DNA of 59,582 nt, counting the filler. It is 8 parts of 8 records of this genome, joined end to end, with 100 filler letters (N's around TTAATTAATTAA, not from the genome) between each part and the next. Parts side by side here need not be neighbours in the genome. Positions count along the whole stretch, not along the records: positions 19,634 to 33,996 come from SRR31147125_73153; positions 34,097 to 39,720 come from SRR31147125_73210; positions 39,821 to 46,161 come from SRR31147125_73350; 5 more parts are not named here. One strand, written 5' to 3'. Under the pieces are notes generated by a model. It made no database searches. It saw only the letters and a list, made by a program, of their open reading frames with translations, and was not told the DNA's origin. Below are positions 32,541 to 43,704 of the stretch, one piece after another. How positions within the stretch are numbered: position 1 is the stretch's first letter; every line of letters begins with the position of its first letter. The position numbers were made by a program, and so were the translations under genes.

Positions 32541-33847
32541 TCACTGTTGTGCCCCGGCACCGATCGCCATGCCCCTGACCCGCTCGACGACTTCCTCCTC
32601 GTCGAAGGTGAGGATGATTCGCCGGTGCATGACCAGCCTGCCGTTGACGATCACGGTGTCAACGTCGTTTCCGGCGGCACCGTACACGAAAATGTCGTGG
32701 TTGTACAGCGGCGTGAGGTGGGGACCGGAAAGATCGACGACAATCAGGTCTGCCCGGGCACCGGGTTTGATTGTCCCGAGGCGATCGAGGCCGATGGCCG
32801 CCGCGCCCCCGCCGTCGCGCAGCGCAGGACTTCAGCTCCGCTCAGCACCGTCGGATTCGCTGCGGACAGCTTCTGCAGTTTTGCCAGCATATCCATTTCC
32901 CTGAACAGATCGAGGCTGTTGTTGGAAGCGCATCCGTCGGTGCCGATACCGACAGTAATGCCCCGCTCCAGCATGCTCGATACCGGCGCGATACCCGATG
33001 CGAGTTTTGCGTTACTCTGCGGGCACGTGACAACTGCGCCGCCCGCTCTCGCGAGCAGGTCGAGATCGTTATCGTCCGCCCAGACGCTGTGTATGCAGGT
33101 GCAGTGGGCGTCGATCAGCCCCAGTTCGTAGAGGTGAGCTATCGGCGTATCGGCCTGCGGGTCGATGATCTGAGTGAGCTCCGATCGGGATTCGGCGATG
33201 TGGGTGAGCAGTCTGACTTCCTTCGAGTCGGCGAGCCGTTTCGCCTTGGTCAGCGTCTCCGGTGAGCAGGTATAGGGCGCGTGCGGAAAGACCGCCGGGC
33301 TGATCAGCGGACTCACACCCTGCCATTCGTCGATGAAGTGCGCGACCACGTCGATATTTCTTGCGGGATCGGGCACACTCGGTACGGGAAAGTCGACGAT
33401 CCCGTGTCCGACAACCGCGCGTATGCCGGCCTCCATGAACGCCCGTGCAGCCTCCCCGCAGTGGAAGTAGGCATCGGCCACGCAGGTGGTACCGGAGCGG
33501 ATCATTTCCGCAGCCGCAAGTTTCGCGCACCAGTAGACCATCTCCTTGGAGATGTGGGTCGCCTCGGCCGGGAATATGTGGTCGTGCAGCCACTCCTGCA
33601 GTGCCAGGTCGTCGGCATAGCCACGGAAGAGCGTCATCGCGGCGTGGTTGTGCCCGTTGACCAGGCCGGGCATCACTGCCATGGAGCGCGCATCGATCTC
33701 CACCGCATCATCGGGTGCACGATAGTCGTTCATTGGCCCGACAGTGCTGATCGTATCTCTGTCGATCAGCACGAATTGATCCTGGAGAAACGGTGTACCG
33801 GGTTCGCTCAGCAGGGTTGCATTGATGAGGGCGATCTGGTCTGTCAT
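32541..33847 (-). CDS. Amidohydrolase, MTA/SAH deaminase (MtaD)-like (frameshift near 32808)
   Basis: PGLVNGHNH, PHAPYTC, HIAES, CPQSNAKLASG and GTDGCASNN. The frame continues GAAAIG..ADLIVVD..VIVNG to TGA at 32541 after restoring one G. Confidence 0.88.
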
Positions 33848-34124
33848 TGGTGGGAGATTGATTGTTTATCTCAAGTTAGTGGACAATCACGGTCGCCTCA
33901 CACAAAAGAATTTTTCTCTCATGGAGATCAATTTCCAACAAATCGCCTTCCATGCGTGGAGGAATCAGTTTCCATCCGAAAACGCAGCATTTTGTTNNNN
34001 NNNNNNNNNNNNNNNNNNNNNNNNNNNNNNNNNNNNNNNNTTAATTAATTAANNNNNNNNNNNNNNNNNNNNNNNNNNNNNNNNNNNNNNNNNNNNCCCC
34101 CTCACGTTCCCATGGTATATGCAG

Positions 34125-37100
34125 TGTTGGAACACTGGCAAACACATACGTCTTCCACTACGATGGGGATATGGCGCAACTTGCAGCAAACGAAGCTGCT
34201 CTGCAGAGTGATGCTTGTGTGGTACGTTGGGATCAGATTCGGCAAGGATCCTGTGGCCCATACACATTGCTAGATTGATGTGCGAAAGCAATTGGGACGT
34301 CTTCGCAACATTCGGTCCTTCCTTGACGCAGCAGTCCCACGAGAGGTTGTCCCACGGATTAAGATCCAGGATCCCGTCTTTTCCGATCAATGGCATCTAC
34401 GGAATATCGGACAGGTGAAGCCGGGATTCATAGGCAACGATATCAATGTGGTCCCTGCATGGGTAAGCACGCATTCTTCCTGGTAGAGGCGTGTGATCAA
34501 TATATACACAGGATAACGGGATAACGGGAGCTGGTGTCACAATTGGAGTCGTGGACACAAGGATTCCGAGTCATCCGGATCTAGATCCCACGTTTGTACT
34601 GCGTGTTCCTTGTAAGCGGTGAAACTGAGTGGTTGGGCTCTCCAGACACGATACCTCTCTCGACCTGAACCTACCCGTAGACGTCACCCTTCCCCCCATT
34701 GGGTCGGATGATATTGCTTCCCATGGAACGTCTGTTGGTGAGGAACACTAGCCCCCTTGGAGCGGGTGTATGCTCACTCTCACACAATCAATTGTCAGCG
34801 GGTGTGGCCGTTGCAGCTGGCAACACCATATGCGGACGAGGAGTCGCATTTGGATCCCAGTTTGCCGGTATGGTGGAGTGGCCTTGGGTTTCTCGTGGTG
34901 CTCATATTCTTGCAGCCATTGGACTCTTGTCAACCGATTTCCAGACGGACGTGGACGAAGCTATGGCACTAGGGCATAGCCTTGATGACATTCACGTCTT
35001 TGTGAACGGGTGGGTGACGGATGGATGGATGGATGGATCGCTTGTTTCATACCCCTTCCAGATGGGGTCCGACAGCTGCCGTTCTCGAGGGTCCCGATCT
35101 CCTGGCTCACAAACAGATCATGGAATCCGCTACCACGGGACGAGGTGGAAAAGGTTCCGTTTTTGTGTGGGCAGGCGGCAATGAATGGGCGAATCGAGAA
35201 GGTAGGCGTGTGCCGTGTGTGTGTGTGTGTATGTGGAAGGCTCCTTCGGCCCATTGTCAATTTCCAGACAACGTGAATCATGATGGATATGCCAATCGCC
35301 CCGAGGTCATTGCTGTCGCAGCTTCAGACTTTGCGGGAGTCCGTACGCCCTACAGCGAACCAGGGGCATGCATCCTGGTTACAGCACCAGGAGGAGGCGA
35401 GCAACCATACGAAAAGATTACAACCACGGGTCTAGGCACACCAGGAGGTAGGAGAGGGGACGAGGCCGTATCGTCGTCTTCCAGAACCCAATACCCCCTC
35501 GTAGTTTGTAGGTCCGACTTCATAGGAACGTCTGCTGCTGCAGCGAATGTAGCAGGTGTTGTGGCCCTCATGCTAGAAGCTAATGGCAACCTGGGATGGC
35601 GCGACGTCCAAAATGCTCTTATTCAAACGGCGCGCAAGATCGACGATGCACCTGCCGATGCGTTCAATCCAGAAGAATGGGTACAAAACGGCATTGGTGC
35701 GTGTACACCGTGCCCCGGTGAGGGACAATACGCTCATGACATGTGTGCAGGTCTTCCTATCCACCATTTCTATGGATTCGGACTCGTGGATGCTGAGAGT
35801 GCCGTCTCTCTGGTTTCGAATGCGTATGTTTTGCGGGCGGGTGGAGGAAGTGGCTCATTTCCTTGCAGCTACGAGAACCTCCCACCACGGCAAAGCTGGT
35901 GCATCACGGGGGCAGTCGCGACAGCTCCGGGTGTGGGACCGAATGGAGAACCCTCATGGTGTCCCGATCTGGATAGCTCAGGAGGTATTGCGCTTCCTGA
36001 CGCAACAGGCTCGGGCACCGGCCCCTTCACTCCCGGTGAACAAACGGTAACTGTGGCTCATACCGATTGGACACTGTACTGACTGTGTGTGGTGGTGGAT
36101 AGTTCACGGTGACCTCGAATATGATAGACTTTGTGATGGAACACGTGGAAGTACGCGTCAATATCGGACATGAACTTCGAGGCGATCTTCGCATTACACT
36201 CAAGAGTCCCAACGGAACAGAATCCATTCTCACCGATTTGCAGGTGTGTGTGGTATGATTTGTTGCTCGCCGTATCGTACTCATTGTACCCACCCAGGTG
36301 GAGGATGTGACCGATGAGGGATACAACAACTGGCAATTCATGACCGTTCGGAATTGGGGCGAATCACCGCTGGGTACATGGACGCTCAAGGTGCGAAATG
36401 CGGGGCAGGGTTGCCGTGTGCCATTTCCCCATTGCCTCGTAGGTCGAAGATCTTCTGCCCGGGTTCACAGGGACATTCTTTTCCTGGCAACTTCTGGTTC
36501 ACGGGCACGATGCCCCGGCGAAGACGTCCCTGGGTTCTGTAACAGGCTTGACGGTTCGTGAGACGTTTACAAGCGTAAGACCTGACGCGTACTCCCTTAG
36601 GCGGCTCCAAGGACCTCCAATCTTATTGAACTAACGTGGGACAACCAGGACATTAATCAGGAGGAGTGTGTCCACATCAAGGTGGCATGCCAAGCATGCG
36701 TCACCAAAGCGTGCACCAGCTTTTTGGGGGGCGGTGAAGAACTCGAAGTGCGTACAAAGCTTTGGAGTGTCGCGCGGTTTCTGATTCGTTCTATGTTAGT
36801 GTTCTTGTGACCGTGAAGAAATGGCTATGACAGACCTGTCTGAGGGGACAACGTACAAGTTTGTTGTGGTTGCCGACTATAAGGAGGGTATTGAATCCGA
36901 GCCAGCCGTTGCGGAAGCAACCACACGTATGGATCGTGTTTCACATACCTCTCTCTCTCTCTCTCTCTCTGACCTGTACGCTCATTAGCGGTGTGTTCCA
37001 ATGGATGCAATGGCGCTGGAATCTGTGTCGACAATGAGCTGTGTGCCTGCACAGTTGCAGGCTGGAGCGGAAATCTTTGTGATGAAGGTAACTTGTACAC

Positions 37101-38889
37101 CCCGTTTCTGTATCTCACTCATGTCATGGTGACGTTCTCCAGTGGACTGTGTTGTTATGGATGACCTGGACGCTTCGAGCGTCGTCATTTATCCGGGTGT
37201 TGATACGCTTCCCTTCTCTTTGAACGACAACTGGCTGCGCCTGAACGATAAGGGGCCGTGCGTGCTTTTCCCTCCCCCTTCTTCCTTCTTCCTTTTTTGT
37301 TTTGTTCATTCTCGTTTGACGAATGGTTTGTACCACCAGAGATGTGCAAGGAACGACAAGCCTCCATGATAAGGGCATGAAGACGTTGGAGAAGACTGTG
37401 ACGTTCTTGGCCCCTGCAAACGCCAACTGGGATTACCAAGTGTCTCTTCGATGGACGGGCAACCGCGGTCGTCCCGATAATGTCCCCGTACGGGTGAAAG
37501 ATTCCCAAGGCGCCATTCTCTTGGATGGTGAGTACTTGGACCGTGTACACACATACACCTTATCCCGCGAGGCAGAACGTGTCAATCAACAAGTTGCTGT
37601 GGAGGATGGATGGCACGTTCTGGGAGATCAGCTCTACTACTTCTCGGGTGGTGGATCCATTGTCGTATCCAATCTCAATACTCGTGGCCTTGTTGCAGCG
37701 GACGCAGCTAGGATCTGTCCCTTCAATCCCGGTGGTACGCTCGTTTGTATTTGTATTGTTGTATTGAGGGCCACTCACACACGACCAGGCCAAGCGTTTC
37801 CGTTTGGACTGGTGGTACCGGGCGAGTCCTGTCTCAACGTCTATTATCAACATCAGGGCGACAGTAACCCCGGTGCAATTATCTTGAACGGGGCACCCTT
37901 CAGCAATGGGCAAGTGGAATTCACAACGGAGGTGCGTTGCATGTCACTTGTTGCTGGGGGGTGGGGCCTGATCCCTTGCACACAGTTCAACTGGCTGTAC
38001 AAGGACTCCTTCCCATCTCCGGATCATCAAAGCATGATCATCTTTGGGACAGGCGACAAACGCAGCACCAAGACCTATGAGTGCGTAGGGAGGCGCGTGT
38101 GTCCAACATGGGTCGTTTGTAACTTCCCCCACGCAGTCCGGCCAGTGGATGGAGAATTTCCATTGAGAACACCTCCAAGGGATGGCGTCCCGTCGTGCGC
38201 TACCATACGAGGCAATGTGGTTGGGTGCGTAGTCTCCCCAGGAACCCCAGAAGAGAAATGACGTTGCATGGTAGACGTATTTCCTGGGGCGTTCCCGCTG
38301 GGTGTGTAAGGGACTGCCGAGGATTTTCGTTCACGAAGTGGGGGACTCGCTTCAGCCGAACACCTGGTGAGTGTTGACTTGTATTCGATGTGAAGTGGTG
38401 GTGGTGACCGGGGATGGTGGAAAGGTATCACATGGCAGCTACATATATACGCGATGCGATTCCCAGTGCTTCCCCGGGTACCTTCTGTCTCTGGGTTAAC
38501 GGCCAAAAGGCGTGCCGCGATGACCCACTCACCTATCTCTACGTCGACTCCCGTTCGGCGTTTGGATTCTTTGGGTGTAGGAACTGCCTTCTCACTGATC
38601 TGCGGTGGGTTTCGTGAGTGCTGGACTTCCTATTCGTGTGTGTGATTTGTCTTTTCCCTCTGGCAGAATCTGGAAGAGTGTTCGAACGGATGCTGAGATT
38701 GCCGATGCCATGAATCGGCGACTTGTCGAGAGTCACAAGTTCCCGACACTTCTGGCTTATCTGAAACTCAACCAAGCGCCTGTGGAGGGAAGACGCGGAT
38801 ACACAATCCAAGACGAGAAAAATCGAAACACGGGTACTATTTTCGGAAATGTGCCGGATGTCATCTTCCCCCAGACGCTTTGTGGATAG
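34125..38889 (+). CDS. Eukaryotic multi-exon kexin/furin-like (S8B) protease: prodomain-S8-P-FN3-EGF-golvesin-like-LamG (5' truncated)
   Basis: 25 GT-AG introns: 34222-34273, 34463-34511, 34592-34645, 34738-34798, 34868-34915, 35010-35061, 35202-35267, 35448-35504, 35697-35750, 35824-35868, 36047-36102, 36244-36297, 36391-36442, 36554-36600, 36748-36799, 36927-36988, 37088-37142, 37258-37339, 37528-37575, 37735-37788, 37932-37985, 38081-38136, 38225-38274, 38367-38424, 38605-38666. Removing them leaves one open frame of about 1127 aa with QWHL, VVD, HGTSVAG, VFVWAGGN, GTSAAA, LGWRDVQ, YGFGLVDA, EHVEV..H..RGDL...SPNGT and WGESPLGTWTL. Confidence 0.88.
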
Positions 38890-38948
38890 GGATGTGTGGG
38901 TATTGAGTGGGTGGATGGGTGGGTGATGGAAATGAAAAGACATTTCTT

Positions 38949-39710
38949 CTATGCTTTGCGTTCAGCATCGGCAAGATGGGCCTCCATGGCCTTGAACCTG
39001 GCTTCAAGTTCCACTAAACGGTCTTCTTGGAGATGACAGCGTTCCTTTCCAGAATTGAAGAAGAGTCAGCTCAGCTGGCTTGGTGGTGATGCCTCCCAGA
39101 TCGACACACCTTCCACACATTCCTATCTGCGGTCGTTGCATTGAGTTGCTCCAGGAAACGTGAACACATGTGGGACACGAATTGTTTCTCCAGTTTCGCC
39201 TTCTCTTCCTGAAGCATCCGTTGCCTCTCTCCATCGGTTTCAAAGAGAGCTGCCCATTCAGTCAATTCTCGCACAAGAGCTGCATTCTCCTCATCATATC
39301 CTGCTATGCCACACAGATGAGTGAGGGACGGGCCTTGCAGAGCCACGGCACACCTGAAAGGACGCCTACGTGACAAAGTCCTAGATCGACGTTGGTCACA
39401 AACTTCCCCGTAAGGGCCTCCGTGTGTGTCGGTAGCAATGTACCCTGGGAGAGGTTCGGTCTCAGATGAGCCTGAGAAAAACGAACCTGAAGGAGGTCCC
39501 ACTCGTCGATGCTGTTGAGAGAGGATCTCAAGGCACATGCCGCCGTGCCCCATATGTATCTGCATATCGTCCCTGTGAATTCGAGGATCCGAAGAACAGA
39601 AACGCACAGATTGCCCGTCTTGGTTACGGCTGCCGAGCCATCTCCGTGCGCAACTACCTTTGTGACCTTGATTCCCACGTGAGTGGTGGTACAAGGAATC
39701 CAACCAACAA
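38949..39710 (-). CDS. Eukaryotic multi-exon RCC1-repeat protein with C-terminal coiled coil (3' part only)
   Basis: Spliced reading gives KVTKVVAHGDGSAAVTKTGNL/YIWG and PTHTEALTGKFVTNVDLGLCHVGVLS, then a helical tail ...ELEARFKAMEAHLADAERKA*. At least 4 short GT-AG introns; exact boundaries are less certain. Confidence 0.65.
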
Positions 39711-39820
39711 CTGGTGGTGGNNNNNNNNNNNNNNNNNNNNNNNNNNNNNNNNNNNNNNNNNNNNTTAATTAATTAANNNNNNNNNNNNNNNNNNNNNNNN
39801 NNNNNNNNNNNNNNNNNNNN

Positions 39821-42491
39821 CCTGGTTACTTGGCTGAGACAGGTTGATATATTCATCACCACCCAAATCTAATACTTTATTGCGGTTAGCAGATACAGTA
39901 AGCGTTGTTTCCCAACTAAAATCGGGTTTCGAAATATTTACAGAGGTTAAAGCTAACTCCATACCTTTATTTTCGATAGAGCCAACATTTTGCAATTGCG
40001 TACCACCTGCAGTTCCCGGTAAATCGCGGGCCAACAACAGGTCTTCGGTAGTTTTCTTATATACATCGGCTTCAAAACTAAAACGGTTGTTTAAGAAACC
40101 AACTTCAAGGCCCAGGTCCCATTGTTTTGTTGTTTCCCAGGTAAGGTCGCTACTTGGCAGCCCACCAATTAAAACACCCGACACCAAGGTTTCGTTAAAA
40201 TACGTTTGCGTATTGCTAAATTTTGCCAACGAATTATAAGGGCTCACACCTTGCTCTCCAACAATACCATAACTACCACGTAGTTTTAATAATGATATCG
40301 CATCAACATTTTCCATAAAGCTTTCTTTATCGGCGTTCCATGCCAAACCAACCGATGGGAAAAATGCGTATTTATTACCTTCTTCGAAAACAGACGAACC
40401 ATCGCGGCGACCAACCAGAGTTAACAAGTATTTACCTTGGTAGCTGTAATTAATACGACCTAAGAATGAAGCAAAAGTACGTTGAGAATAACCCGATCCA
40501 ACCTGATTCAATAACGGATCGGAACCGAAAGACAAGTTATTAAATTCTAATACATCGTTCGGAAAACCTTCGGCCTGTGAATATGCCGATTCGTTTGAAA
40601 TATGCTGCCAGGTAAAACCACCCAATACTTTTAACGAATGATCGCCAAATTCTTTCGAATAATTTAAAGTGTTCTCATTCAAAATACTTTGTGAATTATT
40701 GGTACTTACTTTAGCCCAACCACCTACACCTTGTGCATTTCTCTCGGGAAGAACACCTGGTAAATATTGGTTGTTTTTCCAGTTATTCAACTCTACCCCC
40801 ATTGTTGAGCGGAATACCAAATCCTTTATTGGAGTAAATTCAACATAGGCATTTGTTACCATATTGGTAACCAAATCATGATTGGTACGCAACTGTATAT
40901 CGGCTTCGGGGTTACGTTGTAACGAACCACTAACCGGGTTGGTTGACGTAAAGTTGCCATCTTCGTCGTACACTTCGCGAATTGGAACAACGGAAGTAAC
41001 CATTTGGCTGTAATTAACTTTATTGTTTTCTTTCTTAAATTTCGAAACATTCAGGCGTAAACCTGCTTTAAACATTTTCGAAAGGTTAAAATCGATATTA
41101 TTACGCAATGTAAAACGTTCAATACCCGAAGCTCTTACAATACCTTGGTCGAAATGGTTAAATGAAATATAATAATTGGCCTTATCACTATTTCCAGAAA
41201 CCGAAACATCGGTATTATTAATCATCGCATCTTGCGAAACTAAATCAATCCAGTCGGTGTAAGGCGCCGAAGCAGGATCTTCGAATATTACTGGTAAACT
41301 TTCGTCGGTATAACCAAAACCGTCTGGTCCCGGAACAAACTGAGCTTCTTCGTTACGGTATTCGGCATATAATTCAGAGTCGGCCAATTTAATTCGGTTA
41401 GCCGTTTTTTGTAAACTAAAATACTGGTTCACACTCACCTGCATTTTTCCTTTTGCCAAACCTTTACCGCTTTTCGAGGTAATAAGAACAACACCGGCAG
41501 CTCCACGAGTACCATAAATAGCCAATGCAGTTGCATCTTTTAAAACTTCAATGGACTCAATATCGTTAACGTTCAGGTTGTTCAGGTTGAAATCGGTTCC
41601 GGCAATAAAACCATCTACAACGTATAGCGGATTGTTATTACCATTAATTGAACTCGTACCCCTAATTCGAACAACCGAACCACTACCCGGTGCACCACTG
41701 GTTGAAGTAACTTCAACACCGGCAGCACGACCTTGCAAAGCCTGATCTACACGTACGGTTGGTTGGTTTTCTAAAACTTCGGCTTTAACCTGCGATACAG
41801 AAGAAACCAAATCTTCTTTTTTCGACACACCGTAACCAATGGCAACCACCTCTTCAATACCAATGTAATCCTGTTTCATTGTAACATTAATCACAGCTTG
41901 GCCTGCAATGTCAATTTCCTGCTGGAGCATTCCAACAAACGAAAAAACTAGAGTTGTTACTCCTTCTTCAATATCTAAAGTATAGTTACCATCTATATCG
42001 GAAATGGTTCCTTGTGTTGTACCCTTAAAAATAATGGTTACACCCGGCAAAGGCTCTCCATTATTATCGGTAATTTTTCCACTTACTCTTTTTTGCTGAC
42101 TACCAACCGATGTAGAATTAGATTCACCTGCAGAAAGTACAATCTGCCTTTCTACAATAGTATACTCAACATCCGTTCCTTCAAACAGTACATCCAGAAC
42201 TTCGTCAATCTTCTTGTCTTTAATCTTTACATCTACTTTCCGTTCAACATCAACAATTTTACTGTTGTAAAGAAAGTAGAACTCCGAGTCGTCTTCAATT
42301 TGTGAAAGTACCTCACGTACAGAAGAATTTTTAAATTCAAGATTTAATTTTGTTGACTGCGAATAGCTATCAACAGCAAAACCCTGAATTACAGCTACTA
42401 GCAACACATACAATGTTAGCCTCATACATAAAAAAGTTTTAGAAGCCCAAAGCCTTTTAAGCCCAGGCCCATTCATACCAAAATTTTTCAT
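39821..42491 (-). CDS. SusC/RagA TonB-dependent receptor with N-terminal STN domain (3' truncated)
   Basis: STN region, GEPLPGVTI, EEVVAIGYG, PLYVVDG, DIESIEVLKDATALAIYGTRGAAGVVLITSK, LTWETT. Confidence 0.95.
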
Positions 42492-42531
42492 AAGTTTACT
42501 TCGCTTTTTAATTAATAATTTTTATTAGTTG

Positions 42532-42597
42532 TTCCTTTTTCTTTGGCCAAAAAGAAGAAGGAAAAAGTACCAAGGGGAGCAGGCCAATGCTTCCCTT
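42532..42597. promoter_or_regulatory. Twin hairpins with identical GGCCAA loops between fecR and susC
   Basis: 13-bp stem (42532-42563) and 10-bp stem (42572-42597), each closing GGCCAA on the + strand. Confidence 0.6.
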
Positions 42598-42606
42598 AGT
42601 TTTACA

Positions 42607-43665
42607 TTATTTTTGAATAATTTCTATTTGCATTTTACTAAAAGTCAAGTCATCCTTTTGTTTACGTTTTACAATCTTGTACTCAATTGGTGCCGATATT
42701 TTTAATAAATCGAGTACCTGAATCAACGACTCATCTTCGAAGGTGGCTGTATAAACATAATCGCCTAAATCATGTCCTGTCAGCTTAATATCAACATTGT
42801 ACCAGCGGTTTAAGCGGAGAACCACTTCTTCCATCGTATCGTCGCGAAACATGAGCTTTCCATCCTTCCAGGCAATGTATTTATCCACATCAACCCGCTC
42901 GAAATACAGTTTCTTTTCAGCATCAATATATGTTGCTTTTTCGCCGGGCACCAATGCTTTAAATATTTTACGCTCGCCATTAAAATTACCCTGGAAAAGC
43001 CGAACTGTTCCTTCAACCAAAACCACCTCGGTCATGTGTTCATTTTCATAATTCGACACCTTGAACTCAGTCCCGGTAACTTCAACATTTACATCGCCGG
43101 TATTTACAATAAATGGTTGCTTTTTGTTTTTTGCCACTTCGAAATAAGCCTCGCCATTAATTTCAACCTCGCGGGTAATTCCATTAAATGCCAAAGGATA
43201 TCTAAGAGTAGTATTCGAATTTAAGTACACATTTGTACCGTCGGGCAATTCAAATTCAGAGCGCATACCTGCTCCTGTTTTTAGAGTGTACCAACCTTCT
43301 TCGGTATAATTTGGAGCTGTATTTCGTAACGAAAAATAAAGAGTTGCTATGATTAATGGCAAAACAAGAATTGCTGCTATTTGCCGGAAAATATTCAGGT
43401 AACGCACGTATCCTTGTTTTTCAATTTTATTGTGTACAGAATTAAGTGCTTCCTGCGCATCATATTTTTGCATTCTTCGCAAAAGTTCTGTTTTCTCCCA
43501 AACTTGTTTTGTTTCAGAAAAAATCTGTTGATTCTCTATACATGCATCTTTCCATTGCTCAATTTCGTATTGAGTTTCTTCGTTTAGAGCGCCTTCAAAA
43601 TAATCAGGCAATAAGTGTTCTATGTCTCTTTCTTTTCCCATTCTGATTTTAAGACGAGTTAACAA
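42607..43665 (-). CDS. FecR-family anti-sigma factor
   Basis: TM, LPDGTNVYLNSNTTLRYP, GEAYFEVAK, VTGTEF, WKDGKLMF. Confidence 0.93.
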   Translation of the reverse strand: MLTRLKIRMGKERDIEHLLPDYFEGALNEETQYEIEQWKDACIENQQIFSETKQVWEKTELLRRMQKYDAQEALNSVHNKIEKQGYVRYLNIFRQIAAILVLPLIIATLYFSLRNTAPNYTEEGWYTLKTGAGMRSEFELPDGTNVYLNSNTTLRYPLAFNGITREVEINGEAYFEVAKNKKQPFIVNTGDVNVEVTGTEFKVSNYENEHMTEVVLVEGTVRLFQGNFNGERKIFKALVPGEKATYIDAEKKLYFERVDVDKYIAWKDGKLMFRDDTMEEVVLRLNRWYNVDIKLTGHDLGDYVYTATFEDESLIQVLDLLKISAPIEYKIVKRKQKDDLTFSKMQIEIIQK

Positions 43666-43704
43666 TTAAACACACATATATTTATTTGAAAAAAATATGT
43701 TTCG

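Noticed and set aside
14116-33660. Long antisense or overlapping ORFs (e.g. 15752-16615, 21687-22484, 26815-27657, 30455-31534)
   Set aside because: These are shadow ORFs of GC-rich genes, with no recognisable motifs.
70-33847. Frameshifts in wzz, wzi, serS, crp, NTT, radical SAM, putA and the amidohydrolase as pseudogenes, programmed frameshifts or phase variation
   Set aside because: Each is a single-base indel in a short base run. They affect four unrelated contigs and include essential serS, and the downstream frames are intact. Homopolymer sequencing error is the simplest explanation; read pile-ups would confirm.
35019-36970. GGAT, GT and CT microsatellites as independent elements
   Set aside because: All lie within predicted introns and are ordinary eukaryotic simple repeats.
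34049-39768. The many short ORF-track calls in contig 5 as separate genes or a decayed pseudogene
   Set aside because: They are exon/intron read-throughs or antisense frames of two spliced genes.
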